A DNA stretch of 64,000 nt from an uncultured Planctomycetota bacterium (GTDB taxonomy: Bacteria; Planctomycetota; Planctomycetia; Gemmatales; Gemmataceae), in contig CAWKHF010000005.1 in NCBI GenBank assembly GCA_963849325.1, positions 928,001 to 992,000 of the forward strand, in the 5' to 3' direction. Below are positions 10,414-21,989 of the stretch, piece after piece (the stretch's first letter is position 1; the number at the start of each line of letters is the position of its first letter). The notes below the pieces were generated by a model. The model ran no database searches. It was given only the letters and a program-made list of their open reading frames with translations, and was not told where the DNA came from. Both the position numbers and the translations under genes were made by a program.

Positions 10414-11634
10414 TCAACTCCACGCCGGACGTTCACGGACGGGATCCAGCGTCCACACCTGACGGCAGCGCGGCCCGTGACGTTGGAACACCAGTTCGCC
10501 ATCGGCCGCGCCGTCTTCCGCGCACGTCGTCTCCAGCGGTACGGCACGCAAGCGGAACTCAGTCGGCCAGGGACCGCCGGCATCGAGGAAGGCGTGCCAT
10601 AGCCGATGGCCGAGATCGCGTCCGGCCGGGCCGGTCACGCGCCATTCGCGCAGACCCAGCCAGCAGGCGTGACCGTGGACGAGGTCGCCCAGCCCGTACA
10701 GCGTTCGGCCGTCCGACAGCGACTGATAGCCGACCGCGTAGCCGTGCAGCCAGCCGAAAAAGGCCAGCGACGGCAGCAATCCCGGCCCGGAGCAGGGCGC
10801 CTTGCGCTCGGCCCAGTCGGCCCACGGAGCCGTCATCGACGGCAGCGGCTCGGGAGCGGGCAGCAGGCCGGCGGGGACCGGCACATTGTCGCGGCCTTCA
10901 TCCTCCTCGGCCCGCAGCGGCATGAAGTAGGCCGGCCGGGTCAGCCGGCCCTCGAAGACGCCATCGCGGCAGCTGCCGCGCACCAGGAACGCCAGGCCGG
11001 GCGCCAGATCCAACGGCACCAGCAGCAGGCCATCGACCGCCAACTGTTCCAGCCACGCCGGTTCCAGGTCCAGCGACGCCGCCGTCACCAGGATGCGATC
11101 GAACGGCGCCTCCGCTGGCCAACCGAGCCGGCCATCGCCGTGGTACAATTCCACCGGACGATCCGGGAACGTCCGCAAATGGGACTCCGCCTCGGCCAGC
11201 ACGCGGCGATCGACCTCCAGCGACACGACCCGGCCGACCACGCGCGCCAGCAGGGCGGCGTTGTAGCCGGTGCCGGCGCCGATCTCCAGCGTCCGCAACC
11301 CCGGAGACAGACGCAGGTCTTCGAGCATCTCGGCCATGAGCGACGGCTGACTGGAGGAGCTGATCGGCACCGGGACGAAGCCCGGTCCCGGCTCGCTCAA
11401 CCGCGTGGTCAGGGCGCGGTCGGCATAGAGCAGACGCAGTTCGTGCCGGCCGGGCGACTGCGTACGCACTTCGCGCCAGCCGGGCGGCTGGCGCTGGTAG
11501 TGGTAGACGCGATCGAGGAAGCGATGCCGCGGCGTCGCGCGGAACGCCTCGATCAACGGCCGCGACCACAAGGCGCCGCGAGCGATCAACTGATCGACCA
11601 GGTGCTGGTTGGCTGCGTCGGCGGCCGTGCTCAT
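10414..11634 (-). CDS. Protein-L-isoaspartate O-methyltransferase-like protein with long C-terminal extension
   Basis: [42 protein letters not shown]...[10 protein letters not shown]. Confidence 0.85.
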   Translation of the reverse strand: MSTAADAANQHLVDQLIARGALWSRPLIEAFRATPRHRFLDRVYHYQRQPPGWREVRTQSPGRHELRLLYADRALTTRLSEPGPGFVPVPISSSSQPSLMAEMLEDLRLSPGLRTLEIGAGTGYNAALLARVVGRVVSLEVDRRVLAEAESHLRTFPDRPVELYHGDGRLGWPAEAPFDRILVTAASLDLEPAWLEQLAVDGLLLVPLDLAPGLAFLVRGSCRDGVFEGRLTRPAYFMPLRAEEDEGRDNVPVPAGLLPAPEPLPSMTAPWADWAERKAPCSGPGLLPSLAFFGWLHGYAVGYQSLSDGRTLYGLGDLVHGHACWLGLREWRVTGPAGRDLGHRLWHAFLDAGGPWPTEFRLRAVPLETTCAEDGAADGELVFQRHGPRCRQVWTLDPVRERPAWS

Positions 11635-11991
11635 GTTGACTTCCTCGCATCGTCCCCCGGACCAACGCGGCGAGTGCGAAAGCAACGGTTTCGCGGGACG
11701 CGCGGGCCGGCGCGGACGCCTTCGGAGGTTTGGCCGGGAAATGTCCTTGACGTCAAGGAGACGAGCCTATACATGATGGATGATAGGATTGAACCCACTG
11801 CGGCACAAGGAGTTTCTCGGCATCGGGACGCCGTACTCCGGAATACGGAACTCCAGGCAGGGGAAACCGAAGCGCCCTCATCATCGATCCGATTAACCCG
11901 TACCCTCATCCGCGGCAGACCGCGTGCATTCTCACCGTTGGCGTCTCTGTACGGATCGTCCACTCCTCTCCAACCTCGGGGGACCCCATCG

Positions 11992-13928
11992 ATGCCGAAA
12001 GGCGCTGAGCCGGAATTGATGGACAAATGGAAGATCGCAGGACGCCGTCGAGACCTACGGCGTCCGCAACTGGGGCAAGGGCTACTTCGGCATCAACAAG
12101 GCCGGCCACGTCACCGTCCAGCCGAACAAACGCCCCGACGAGTCGATCGACCTCAAGGAGCTGGTCGATCAGCTCCAGGCACGCGGCATCCAGCTGCCGA
12201 TCCTGCTCCGCTTCACCGACATCCTCCGCCACCGCGTCGGCGAGATCCACGACGCCTTCCAGCAGCGCCATCGACGAGTACGAGCTACCAGGGCAGCTAC
12301 TGCTGCGTCTACCCCATCAAGGTCAACCAGCAGCGGCACGTCGTCGAGGAGATCCTCGACTTCGGCAAGCCCTACCACTTCGGCCTGGAGGCCGGCTCCA
12401 AGCCCGAACTGCTGGCCGTGCTGGCCCTGACCAACGGCCTGGACACGCCGATCATCTGCAACGGCTTCAAGGACGACGAGTTCATCAAGCATGACCATGC
12501 TCGCCCGCAAGATCGGCAAGAACATCATCCCGGTCGTCGAGAAGTTCACCGAGCTGGAAGCTGATCGTCCGTCACGCCGAGGAGCTGCAACGTCCGGCCG
12601 GCCATCGGCGTGCGCGTCAAGCTGGCCGCCGCGCGGCGCCGGCCGCTGGCAGTCCAGCGCCGGCTACCGCTCCAAGTTCGGCCTGACCCTGACCGAGGTG
12701 CTCGAGGCCGTCGAGTACCTCAAGCAGCGCGACATGGCCGACTGCCTGCAACTGGTCCACTTCCACCTCGGCAGCCAGATCACCAACATCCGCAGCATCA
12801 AGAACGCCCTGACCGAGGCGGCGCGCGTCTACGTCGAGCTGCACCGCGTCGGCGCCGGCGTCAAGTACATCGACGTCGGCGGCGGCCTCGGCATCGACTA
12901 CGACGGCTCGCAGACCGACTTCGAGTCGTCGGTCAACTACACGCTGCAGGAGTACGCCAACGACGTCGTCTTCCGCGTCAAGAGCGTCTGCGACGAGGCC
13001 GGCGTGCCGCACCCGACGATCATCTCCGAGTCGGGCCGGGCCGTGGTCGCCTACCACAGCGTGCTGGTCTTCGACGTGCTGGGCGTGTCGCAACTTCGAC
13101 CGCTTCGAGGCGCCGCCGGAGGTGCCCGCCGACGCGCCGCAGCAGATCGCCGACCTGTTCGCCATCCACCGCGACCTGAAGAAGAAGAACCTGCTGGAGA
13201 GCTACCACGACGCCGTGCAGGCGGTGGACGAGGCGCTCAACCTGTTCAACCTCGGCTACTGCACGCTCGAGCATGCGCGCCCTGGCCGAGCGGCTGTTCT
13301 GGGCGATGTGCGGCAAGCTGCTGAAGATCGTCCGCGAGATGGACTACGTCCCGGAGGAGTTGCAGGGCCTGGAGGCGATGCTGTCGGACACCTACTTCTG
13401 CAACTTCTCGATCTTCCAGTCGATGCCCGACAGCTGGGCGATCAAGCAGCTCTTCCCGATCATGCCGATCCACCGGCTCAACGAGGCGCCGACGCCGCCG
13501 GGCCGTGCTGGGCGACATCACCTGCGACTCGGACGGCAAGATCGACCAGTTCATCGACCTGCGCGACGTGCGCAACACGCTGGAGCTGCACCCGTTCAAC
13601 GGCGAGCCGTACTACCTCGGCGCGTTCCTGCTCGGGGCGTACCAGGAAATCCTCGGCGACCTGCACAACCTGTTCGGCGACACCAACGCCGTCCACGTCA
13701 GCCTCGACGAGGACGGCGAGATCGACCTCGACGACGGTCATCAAGGGCGACACGGTGCGCGAGGTGCTGGCCTACGTGCAGTACTCCGCCGACGAGCTGA
13801 CGGCGCAGTCTGCGCAAGGACGTGGAGCGGGCCGTGCGACGGGGCAAGATCTCGCTGACGGAATCGCGGCAGCTGCTGCGCTTCTACGAGTCGGGCTGGA
13901 AGGGTATACTTACCTGGAAGAACCGTAA
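11992..13928 (+). CDS. speA: Biosynthetic arginine decarboxylase; many frameshifts
   Basis: [88 protein letters not shown], ends GYTYLEEP*; spread over at least 6 frame segments. Confidence 0.95.
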
Positions 13929-13975
13929 CAGCGAACCAACCGACGAGGGCGAGTCATGGCGATCGGAGGTCGGCC

Positions 13976-14621
13976 ATGCCTGTGAAAGTGCGTGATATCC
14001 ACGCCCAAAGCCTGGAGACTTCCACGGCCCTGTCGGCATACTACATAACCAATTTCATTCCGCCGCTGGAAGTGTTTCGCGTCCTCAACGCGGCACAAAT
14101 GCGTTTCATGCTCCTGGGAACCCACGCCCTGGGCGGTTGGATGCGCGAGCCACGCACCACCACGGACGTTGATATCCTCGTTGGAAATCGCGGCCACAAG
14201 AAGGCCGTGCGGCGTTTTGCTGGCGGCGTTTCCGCAGTTACAAGCGGAAGAAGAGGAGGACGTGACTCGTCTCCGGGATGGGGAGACGGGGCAAGTTCTC
14301 ATCGACGTGATGAAGACGAATCAACCGCTCTACCGGGCCGCCTTCCGGCACCGTCATGGCGTGAAATGGGAGGGACAGGTCTATTCAATTCCTTCGTTGG
14401 AATTGGCCCTGGTGATGAAGTTCACGGCCATGGTCAGCGTCACTCGCGACTATGCGGACAAATACATTGACGCCCACGACTTCCTTTGCATGGCCCAATC
14501 CAACGCCGACATGGATTCGAGAAAACTGCACGCCCTCGGCCAGCTGGTCTACAACGGCGGAGGCGATGAGATCGTGGAAAAAGTTCGCAAGGTGCGGGCC
14601 GGCGAGAAGTTGACCCTGTAG
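13976..14621 (+). CDS. Minimal nucleotidyltransferase (AbiEii/DUF6036-like); one frameshift near 14214
   Basis: LLGTHAL...[11 protein letters not shown] in the first frame, then [10 protein letters not shown]...R...DKYIDAHD in the second frame. Confidence 0.6.
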
Positions 14622-14632
14622 AATGCGCAACC

Positions 14633-15541
14633 ATGATCGATCTCTCCGTCCGCCTGGGCCGTCTGCACCTGAAGAACCCGATCCTCGTCGCCTCGGGCAC
14701 GTTCGGCTACGCGCGGGAGATGGCCGGCGTCGTGGACTTCGCCCGCCTGGGCGGCATCATCCCCAAGACGGTCACGCGCCATCCGCGCGCCGGCAACGCG
14801 CCGCCGCGCACCGTCGAGACGCCGTGCGGCATGCTCAACGCCATCGGACTGGATAACGACGGCATCGAGCACTTCCGGCATCATCATCTGCCGTATCTAC
14901 GCGCTTTACCGACCGCTGTTCTCGCCAACATTGCCGGCGAAAACGAGGACGATTTCGTGGACATGGCGGCCCAGCTCGGCGGTGAGGAGGGCTTGGCGGG
15001 AGTCGAACTGAACCTGTCTTGTCCGAACGTGGCCGGCGGCATCGACTTCGCCATCGATCCCGAGGTGACGCGCCGCGTCGTTGCGCGCGTGCGGGCCGTC
15101 TGTCCGCTGCCGATCGTGGCCAAGCTGACGCCGAACGTGACGAACCTCGTGCCGATTGCTCGCGCCGCCGCCGAGGCGGGCGCCGACGCTCTGTCGCTGA
15201 CCAACACGTTCGTCGGCATGGTCATCGACTGGCGGCGGCGTCGGCCGGTCCTCGGCAACGTCACCGGCGGTCTGAGTGGGCCGGCCATCAAGCCGTTGGT
15301 GCTGCGGCTGGTGTGGCAGGTGGCGAGGCAAGTGGGGGTGCCGATCCTCGGTGTCGGCGGCATCGCCACAATTGACGATGTGATGGAATTCCTCGTCGCC
15401 GGGGCCAGCGCCGTGCAGCTAGGCACCGTGAATTTCTACGATCCGACGGCGTCTATGCGTATGGCCGGACAATTGCCGGAAGCGCTGGCCCAACTCGGCG
15501 CCGGTAGCGTTCGTGAAGTGATCGGCACGCTGCGCGCCTGA
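14633..15541 (+). CDS. pyrD: Dihydroorotate dehydrogenase, family 1B catalytic subunit
   Basis: [45 protein letters not shown]. Confidence 0.95.
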   Translation: MIDLSVRLGRLHLKNPILVASGTFGYAREMAGVVDFARLGGIIPKTVTRHPRAGNAPPRTVETPCGMLNAIGLDNDGIEHFRHHHLPYLRALPTAVLANIAGENEDDFVDMAAQLGGEEGLAGVELNLSCPNVAGGIDFAIDPEVTRRVVARVRAVCPLPIVAKLTPNVTNLVPIARAAAEAGADALSLTNTFVGMVIDWRRRRPVLGNVTGGLSGPAIKPLVLRLVWQVARQVGVPILGVGGIATIDDVMEFLVAGASAVQLGTVNFYDPTASMRMAGQLPEALAQLGAGSVREVIGTLRA

Positions 15542-15666
15542 AGGGGTCGAGCGACGGTTCCGGCCGCCTTCCCGCCGGATGGATGTTTTTTCGGAGACAA
15601 CCGCCTTTAGTAGCGGATATACTCGCGGTAGAATGACGAACCTCGCCCGCACCGGAGCCTCGATCC

Positions 15667-16554
15667 ATGCGATTGACACCGATTGGTTTGACGTTGCTTG
15701 GTCTGGTCTGCCTGGCGGAGATGGGCCGCGCGGCGGACAACGCACGGATCCTCGATGTCTGGCCCGGCAAGCCGCCCGGCGAGACGGCAGAAGTCGGTGA
15801 GGAGAAAATCACCGGCGCCAAGGGCGGACGAAGTCTCACCAACGTCAGCAAACCGACGATTACCGTCTATCGGCCGGCCAAGGAGAAGGATACCGGCGTG
15901 GCGATCGTCATCGCTCCCGGCGGCGGCTATCGCGTGCTGGCCTGGGACCACGAGGGCGAGGACGTGGCGGCCTGGCTAAACTCGATCGGCGTGACCGGCG
16001 TTCTGCTCAAGTACCGCGTGCCGCGCCGGAGCGATCATCCCAAGGGTCCGCTGGCGGACGCGCAGCGTGCGCTGAGCCTGGTGCGCGGCAAGGCCAGGGA
16101 GTGGAAAATCGATCCGAAAAAGATCGGCATGCTGGGTTTCTCCGCCGGCGGCCATCTGACTGCCCTGGCCGCCACGAATTTCGACAAACGAGCTTACGAG
16201 CCGGTCGATGAGGCGGACAAGGAGAGCTGCCGGCCGGACTTCGCCGTCATCGTCTATCCCGGCGGCGTCGTCAAGCGCGACAGTGCCGAGATGGACCCAG
16301 CCATCCGCGTGTCGAAGGAGACGCCGCCGGCGTTTCTCACGCAGGCCAGCGACGACCGTGTTGGCGTCGAGAATAGCGTGATGCTGTATCTGGCGCTGAA
16401 GAAAGCCGGCGTTCCCGCCGAGATGCACCTTTACGCCGCTGGCGGCCACGGCTACGGTCTGCGTCCCAATAAACGTCCGGCGTCGGAGTGGACCAAGCGA
16501 TGCGAAGAATGGCTGCGGGCGCGGGACGTTCTGCCGGCGAACGCGGCGCGTTGA
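15667..16554 (+). CDS. Secreted alpha/beta hydrolase (acetyl-esterase-like)
   Basis: Signal peptide; PGGGY, GFSAGGHL nucleophile motif, DD.V and GGHGYG. Confidence 0.85.
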   Translation: MRLTPIGLTLLGLVCLAEMGRAADNARILDVWPGKPPGETAEVGEEKITGAKGGRSLTNVSKPTITVYRPAKEKDTGVAIVIAPGGGYRVLAWDHEGEDVAAWLNSIGVTGVLLKYRVPRRSDHPKGPLADAQRALSLVRGKAREWKIDPKKIGMLGFSAGGHLTALAATNFDKRAYEPVDEADKESCRPDFAVIVYPGGVVKRDSAEMDPAIRVSKETPPAFLTQASDDRVGVENSVMLYLALKKAGVPAEMHLYAAGGHGYGLRPNKRPASEWTKRCEEWLRARDVLPANAAR

Positions 16555-16564
16555 GAGCAACTAA

Positions 16565-16708
16565 CCAAAAGAGCCTCACGCAAAGGCGCAAAGAACGCAA
16601 AGGAAAGACAAAAAGAAGAAAAGAAGAAAAAGGCCAGTCTTTCCTTGTTGTTCGTCTGCATTTTCTTTTTCTTTGCGTTCTTTGCGCCTTTGCGTGAAGC
16701 TCTTTTGG
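16565..16708. repeat. Tandem-unit inverted repeat family C (CGCAAAG x3 arms)
   Basis: 38-bp arms CCAAAAGAGCCTCACGCAAAGGCGCAAAGAACGCAAAG and its reverse complement (1 mismatch) around an A-rich then T-rich spacer. Confidence 0.85.
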
Positions 16709-16743
16709 AGAGAGCTACTGAGGAAAAATCGGTACTCCCGAGG

Positions 16744-19057
16744 ATGAAGATACGGATGAGGAAGTTGCGCTATCTGCTGCTTGGCGCCTTTGCCCTGACG
16801 GTCTCTGCCGCCCTTCGAGGGGCCGTTTCGGCGCCCGCGACGGAGCAGTCCCCGGCCAGCTTTAGGCGCGACGTCGTTCCCTTCCTGAAGCAGCATTGTT
16901 ATCGCTGCCACGGCAACGGCAAGGACCGCGGCGATCTCGCCCTCGATAAATACACCGACGACGAGAGCATCCTGAAGGACCGCAAGGTGTGGGAAAACGT
17001 CCTGCACGTGGTCCGCACCGGCGAGATGCCGCCGAAAAAACGACCACGGCCGTCCGCCGCGGAAATCGAGACCGTCTTGCGGGCCATCGATGGCGTGTTC
17101 GCTTCGGCGGATTGCGCGCAGACGCGCAACCCCGGCCGCGTCACCCTGCGCCGCCTCAACAAGACCGAGTACAACAACACCATCCGCGACCTGGTCGGCA
17201 TCGACTTCCAACCCGCCGCCGATTTCCCCGCCGACGATGTCGGCTACGGCTTCGACAACATCGGCGACGTGCTGTCGCTGTCGCCGCTGCTGCTGGAGCG
17301 CTATCTCCTCGCCGCCGACGCCATCCTCGACCGCGCGCTGGTCGTCGTCGATCCGCCGAAGCCGGCCAAGACTCGCCTGGGAAGTTTGCGCGTCTTCCCT
17401 CCGGATGCCGGCGAGATCCGCCGTCGCGGCGGCGCGGTGCTGCGCTCCAGTGGCCGGGTCGGCGGGCAGAGCTTCTTCGAGGAGGGCGAGTACACCATCC
17501 GCATCGAAGCGTATGGCGAACAGGCCGGCGACGAGCCGGTGCGCGGCGGCGCTGCGAATCAACCGCGACGACATCCAGGAATTCACGGTCAAGGCCGAGG
17601 CGGCGAAACCGGAGACGTTCGAGTTCAAGGTCCGCCTGCCGACGAAGACGGCCCGCATTTCCGTCGCCTTCGTCAATCCTTCCGGCGAGAAGGACAAGCC
17701 GAAACGACAGCTCGTTCTCCGCGGCATCGTGCTGGATGGGCCGTACAACGCGCCGCCGCCCCAACTGCCGGAAAGTCATCGACGCATCATGGCCCACGAT
17801 AAGGGACAGTCGCCGCGCGCGGCGGCGCGGGAAATCCTCGCCCTCTTTGCCACACGCGCCTTTCGTCGTCCGGCGACGGAAGGCGAGGTCGAGCGCCTCC
17901 TGAAACTGTACGATCAGGCCGAGAAGGAGGGCGAGCGCTTCGAGCATCGCGTTCGCCTGGCCCTGTCCGCCGTGCTGGTTTCGCCGCACTTTCTCTTCCG
18001 CGTCGAGCGCGATCCGCCAAAGGCGAAGCCGGGAACGGCGTATCCCATCGGCGAGTACGAGCTGGCGAGCCGGCTGTCGTACTTCCTGTGGAGCACCATG
18101 CCCGACGAGGAGTTGTTCGCCCTCGCGGCGAAGAACGAGCTGCGCAAAAACCTGGCGGCGCAGCTCCAGCGCATGCTCAAGGACCCGAAGTCGGCCGCGT
18201 TCGTGCGCAATTTCGCCGGCCAATGGCTGACACTCCGCAAGCTCGACACCGTTACGCCCGATGCCAAGACGTTCCCGACTTTCGACGCCGAGCTGCGCGC
18301 CGCCATGCGGATGGAGACGGAGCTGTTCTTCGAGGCGATCCTCAAAGAGGACCGTAGCATCCTCGATTTGCTCGACGCCGATTTCAGTTTCGTCAACGAA
18401 CGGCTGGCGAAGCACTATGGTATCGAAGGCGTTACGGGCAAGGAATTTCGCCGCGTGAAGTTGCCGGCCCATCGCGGCGGTATTCTGACGCAGGCCAGCA
18501 TCCTGACGCTGACCTCGAACCCAACGCGCACCTCGCCGGTCAAGCGCGGCAAATGGGTGCTCGATCAGATTTTCAACACGCCGCCGCCGCCGCCGCCTCC
18601 GGACGTGCCGGAATTGAAGGAAGAGAAACGACTGACCGGCTCGCTGCGTCAGGTCATGGAGATGCACCGCGCCAACGCCCTGTGCGCCTCCTGCCATCAG
18701 AAGATGGACCCGATCGGCTTCGCCTTCGAGAACTACGATGCCATCGGCGCCTGGCGCGACCGCGACGGCCAGGCCGCCATCGATCCGTCCGGGACGCTGC
18801 CGGGCGGTCCCTCCTTCCAGGGACCGGCCGAGCTGAAAACCATCCTCAAGAGCAAAAAAGAGTTGTTCGCCCGCTGCCTGGCGGAGAAAATGTTGACGTA
18901 CGCCCTCGGTCGCGGTTTGGAATACTACGATCGCTGCGCCGTGGATAAAATCCTCGACGCCCTGGGCCACAATGACTATCGATCCTCGACCATCCTGGTC
19001 GAAGTGGTGAAGAGCGAACCGTTCCAGCTGCGGACGGCGACGGGAGGAAAGCGATGA
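16744..19057 (+). CDS. DUF1592/DUF1588/DUF1587/DUF1595/DUF1585 protein with cytochrome c motifs; frameshift near 17545
   Basis: CYRCH, RRLNKTEYNNTIRDL, ELASRLSYFLWSTMPDEEL, TSPVKRGKWVL, CASCH, YALGR. Confidence 0.9.
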
Positions 19058-20385
19058 TACTTGGCCGGCGGATTTCGAGACGGACGGTGCTGCGCGGCGT
19101 CGGCACGGCAGTGGCCCTGCCGTTACTGGAGGCGATGTTGCCGTTGTCGCGGGCGGGCGCTGTGGCGCGTCCGCCGCGGCGCATGGCCTGCATCTATGTA
19201 CCCAACGGCGTCGTCCCGTCCGATTGGACGCCCAAGACGGAGGGGGCCGGCTACGAGCTGACGCCGATCCTGCAACCGCTGGCCGCCCTCCGGGACGACG
19301 TGCTGGTCTTGAGCGGCCTGACGTGCGATAAGTCACGGCCCAACGGCGACGGCGCCGGCGATCACGCTCGCGCCTCGGCCGCTTTCCTGACCGGCGCCCA
19401 GGCCCGCAAGACCGCCGGCGCCAATTTTCACGCCGGCATCTCCGCCGATCAGGCCGCCGCCGCCCGCCTCGGCGACCGCACCCGTCTGCCGTCGCTGGAA
19501 ATCGGCATCGAGCGCTTTCGCGGCAGCGGCAACTGCGACAGCGGTTACTCGTGCGTCTACGAACATACGCTCGCCTGGCGCAACGCCACCTCGCCGCTGC
19601 CGACCGAAACCGATCCCAAGCTGGTGTTCGACCGTCTCTTCTCCGACAAGGCCAACGATCCCGAGCGCGGCAAGCGTGGCCGGCTCCGCAGCAGCGTCCT
19701 GGACGCCGTGCTGGCGGACGCGCGCGACCTGGACAAGCAGCTCGGCGGCGCCGACCGGCAGAAGCTGGATCAGTATTTGACCTGCGTGCGCGAGATGGAG
19801 CAGCGCATCGCCCGCGCCGAGAAGCTACCGCCGGCCCCGCCGCCCAAGGGGAGCGCTCGGCCCACGGAACCGGCGGACCTGGGCGAGCACTTTCGCCTGA
19901 TGTGCGATCTGCTGGTGCTGGCGTTTCAGGCCGACGTGACGCGCATCGCCACCTTCATGTTCGCTCGGGAAGGCAGCAATCTTTCGTATCGCATGGTCGG
20001 CGTCTCCGAGGGGCATCACGAATTGACGCACCATCGCGGCGATCCCAAGATGATTGCCAAGGTGCGTGCGATCAACACGTATCACGTCCAGCAATTCGCC
20101 TACCTGCTCGGCAAACTGAAGTCGGTGCCGGAGGGCGACGGCACGCTGTTGGACCATTGCATGATCGCCTACGGCAGCGCCATCGCCGACGGCAACCGGC
20201 ACACGCATCACGATCTGCCGGTGCTGCTCGGCGGCAAGGGCGGCGGCAGCATCAAGTCCGGTCGCCACCTGCGCTCGCCGAGGGAGACGCCGCTGAACAA
20301 CCTGTGGTTGGCAATGCTCGACCGCATGGGCGCGCATACCGCGAAGCTGGGCGATAGCACGGGTCTGCTCGAAGGGTTGTCGTGA
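19054..20385 (+). CDS. DUF1552 domain-containing protein (Tat-like leader)
   Basis: ISRRTVLRG.G..VALPLLEAM, Y.PNG, LAFQ.D.TRI.T, HH.L.HH, EGDGTLLD; ATGA overlap with the DUF1592 gene. Confidence 0.9.
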   Translation: MILGRRISRRTVLRGVGTAVALPLLEAMLPLSRAGAVARPPRRMACIYVPNGVVPSDWTPKTEGAGYELTPILQPLAALRDDVLVLSGLTCDKSRPNGDGAGDHARASAAFLTGAQARKTAGANFHAGISADQAAAARLGDRTRLPSLEIGIERFRGSGNCDSGYSCVYEHTLAWRNATSPLPTETDPKLVFDRLFSDKANDPERGKRGRLRSSVLDAVLADARDLDKQLGGADRQKLDQYLTCVREMEQRIARAEKLPPAPPPKGSARPTEPADLGEHFRLMCDLLVLAFQADVTRIATFMFAREGSNLSYRMVGVSEGHHELTHHRGDPKMIAKVRAINTYHVQQFAYLLGKLKSVPEGDGTLLDHCMIAYGSAIADGNRHTHHDLPVLLGGKGGGSIKSGRHLRSPRETPLNNLWLAMLDRMGAHTAKLGDSTGLLEGLS

Positions 20386-20647
20386 CATGACTCCAATAGG
20401 AGCGAAGCGCACCCGGACGACAACGCAATGCCGAATTGGCCGCCGGGGAGCGCGAATCGTTGCCGATTTTTCGATTTCTCCAGATCTCGAACGAAAACAG
20501 GAGCTTGCGAGAAGCGTCCCTGTTTTTCCCCTGGGTCGGCCGAGTTTGGTCTTCATTCAACTCCCGACCCTTTTTCTCGTTTTTTTCTCGTTCCGGCAGC
20601 CAGGAAGGACAGTGCGCCTCGGAAAGCCAGCATGGCTGCACGGCGTG

Positions 20648-21415
20648 CTAGCCGCCCCGCCGCAGACACTTCGGCTTGTATGACGAATCGCCTGTCGCCA
20701 ACAAATAGCGGAGGCCCTGCTTGAGGTTGGCTCGCGCCCGAAAGTTCAAGTGCCGCGCCCACTCGGGATGCTCCTCACCGCGGAACCAAGCCAAGTGGGC
20801 CAGCGCCCAGCCGAACATCGGCGGAGTCATGTACTCGGGCTTGAGTAGGTCCGTCTCGGGCCATTTGCTGTACTGGCTGTCCCAGTTGCGTGGTGTATTG
20901 GCCAGGAAGATGCCCAAACCGAAGTGGACCACCGTCAGGTCGGTTAGCACCTCATTGTCGAACACCTCTCGCAGGATCCGGCTCTCTCCGAGTAGGCGGA
21001 CGTGGGCCAACTCATGGGCGATCGTGCCAACCAGCCCCATCGCGTCGTCCAGCCCAGACTTGTCGATGCGGAGGATGAACCTCCGCTTGCCCTCTTCGTA
21101 GGTGCCGGCCGCCCCAGGGAGGTAGTGCCCGGCATCGTTGACTAACCAAATCTTGCCAGCGTCGGCCACGAACTTGAGAGCGACGAGGTCAGGCACTACG
21201 TCCATGTACTGGCATACTCGGTCGAGCAGCTTGCGGACGGCCTTCTTGGAACCGTCATAGGGGTCGGGAAAGAACTCGGTAGTCGGGAGAACGACCCGCC
21301 GCCCGGAGAAGGCGTTGTCGTCAAACTCCTCGGCCAGCCACTCCAGCCGCTCCTCGACCCACGCTTTCGCGGCAGGATCACATGGGCACGATGGTCGGAA
21401 CAGCCAGTCGAGCAT
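20648..21415 (-). CDS. Hypothetical protein with HExxH zinc-metallopeptidase motif
   Basis: Starts MLDWLFRPSCPC; TIAHELAHVRL...DNE.LTDL...FGLGIF. Confidence 0.65.
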   Translation of the reverse strand: MLDWLFRPSCPCDPAAKAWVEERLEWLAEEFDDNAFSGRRVVLPTTEFFPDPYDGSKKAVRKLLDRVCQYMDVVPDLVALKFVADAGKIWLVNDAGHYLPGAAGTYEEGKRRFILRIDKSGLDDAMGLVGTIAHELAHVRLLGESRILREVFDNEVLTDLTVVHFGLGIFLANTPRNWDSQYSKWPETDLLKPEYMTPPMFGWALAHLAWFRGEEHPEWARHLNFRARANLKQGLRYLLATGDSSYKPKCLRRGG

Positions 21416-21430
21416 CGATTCACTCTCTTC

Positions 21431-21520
21431 GCCGAACGAAGAGCGATCTATCCGCCGTGCCGTCCGGCAGAAACCGTTCCCGTGCCAGCGACCGGCACGG
21501 CGGATAGATCGCTGTTGGAC
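21431..21520 (-). mobile_element. attC-like site / perfect 21-bp hairpin
   Basis: Minus strand: GTCCAAC (RYYYAAC), 21-bp arm, 30-nt loop, 21-bp arm, CTTC, GTTCGGC; ends 15 nt upstream of the HExxH gene ATG. Confidence 0.45.
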
Positions 21521-21632
21521 GGAACCGCGGCACTTGTGTGTTTGTCCCGTCGAAATGGCGTTTTCCTGCAAGTCGCCAAGTTCCATTGCCAAAAGACGTT
21601 TTCTTGCCAAGCCGGTTGAGGGCGATACGCAC

Positions 21633-21989
21633 TCAGGGAAGTTCCAGCGCCACTTTGAGGCAGGCGTTGACCTTCTGCATCAGCCCGGCCGATAGTTTGC
21701 CGATCACCCGGTCGATACGGTCTCCGAACACGGTTGCCAGGAAGAGGCCGCTCACCAGCGCGTTTTGATCCAGCCCGGTCGCCTTCCCCTCGGGTGTCGT
21801 TGTGTCGATGAAAACGAAGGCGGGATCGTTGGCGGGCGCCAAATTCGTCGTGATCTCCGCGACGATAACGTGCCCGACCGTGGAGTTGTAGCCATCCGCT
21901 TGCACTACCAGCGCCGGCCGTTTCTTCCCCCGCAGCCCGCCTGCATGGGGGAAACGTGTCAGGACTACGTCGCCACGAGTTACCTTCAT
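21633..21989 (-). CDS. Type II toxin, PemK/MazF family endoribonuclease
   Basis: RGDVVL..FP.....GKKRPALVVQ.D..N......IVA.IT...IGKL. Confidence 0.9.
   Translation of the reverse strand: MKVTRGDVVLTRFPHAGGLRGKKRPALVVQADGYNSTVGHVIVAEITTNLAPANDPAFVFIDTTTPEGKATGLDQNALVSGLFLATVFGDRIDRVIGKLSAGLMQKVNACLKVALELP

Noticed and set aside
11631-12026. Minus-strand 131-aa ORF as RiPP precursor for the PIMT-like enzyme
   Set aside because: Overlaps the speA start, has no RBS, atypical codon usage and no leader/core pattern
20500-20590. GCGTCCCTGTTTTT and AACTCCCGACCCTTTTT motifs as repeat remnants
   Set aside because: Single occurrences in the window; cannot be supported as repeats from this sequence alone
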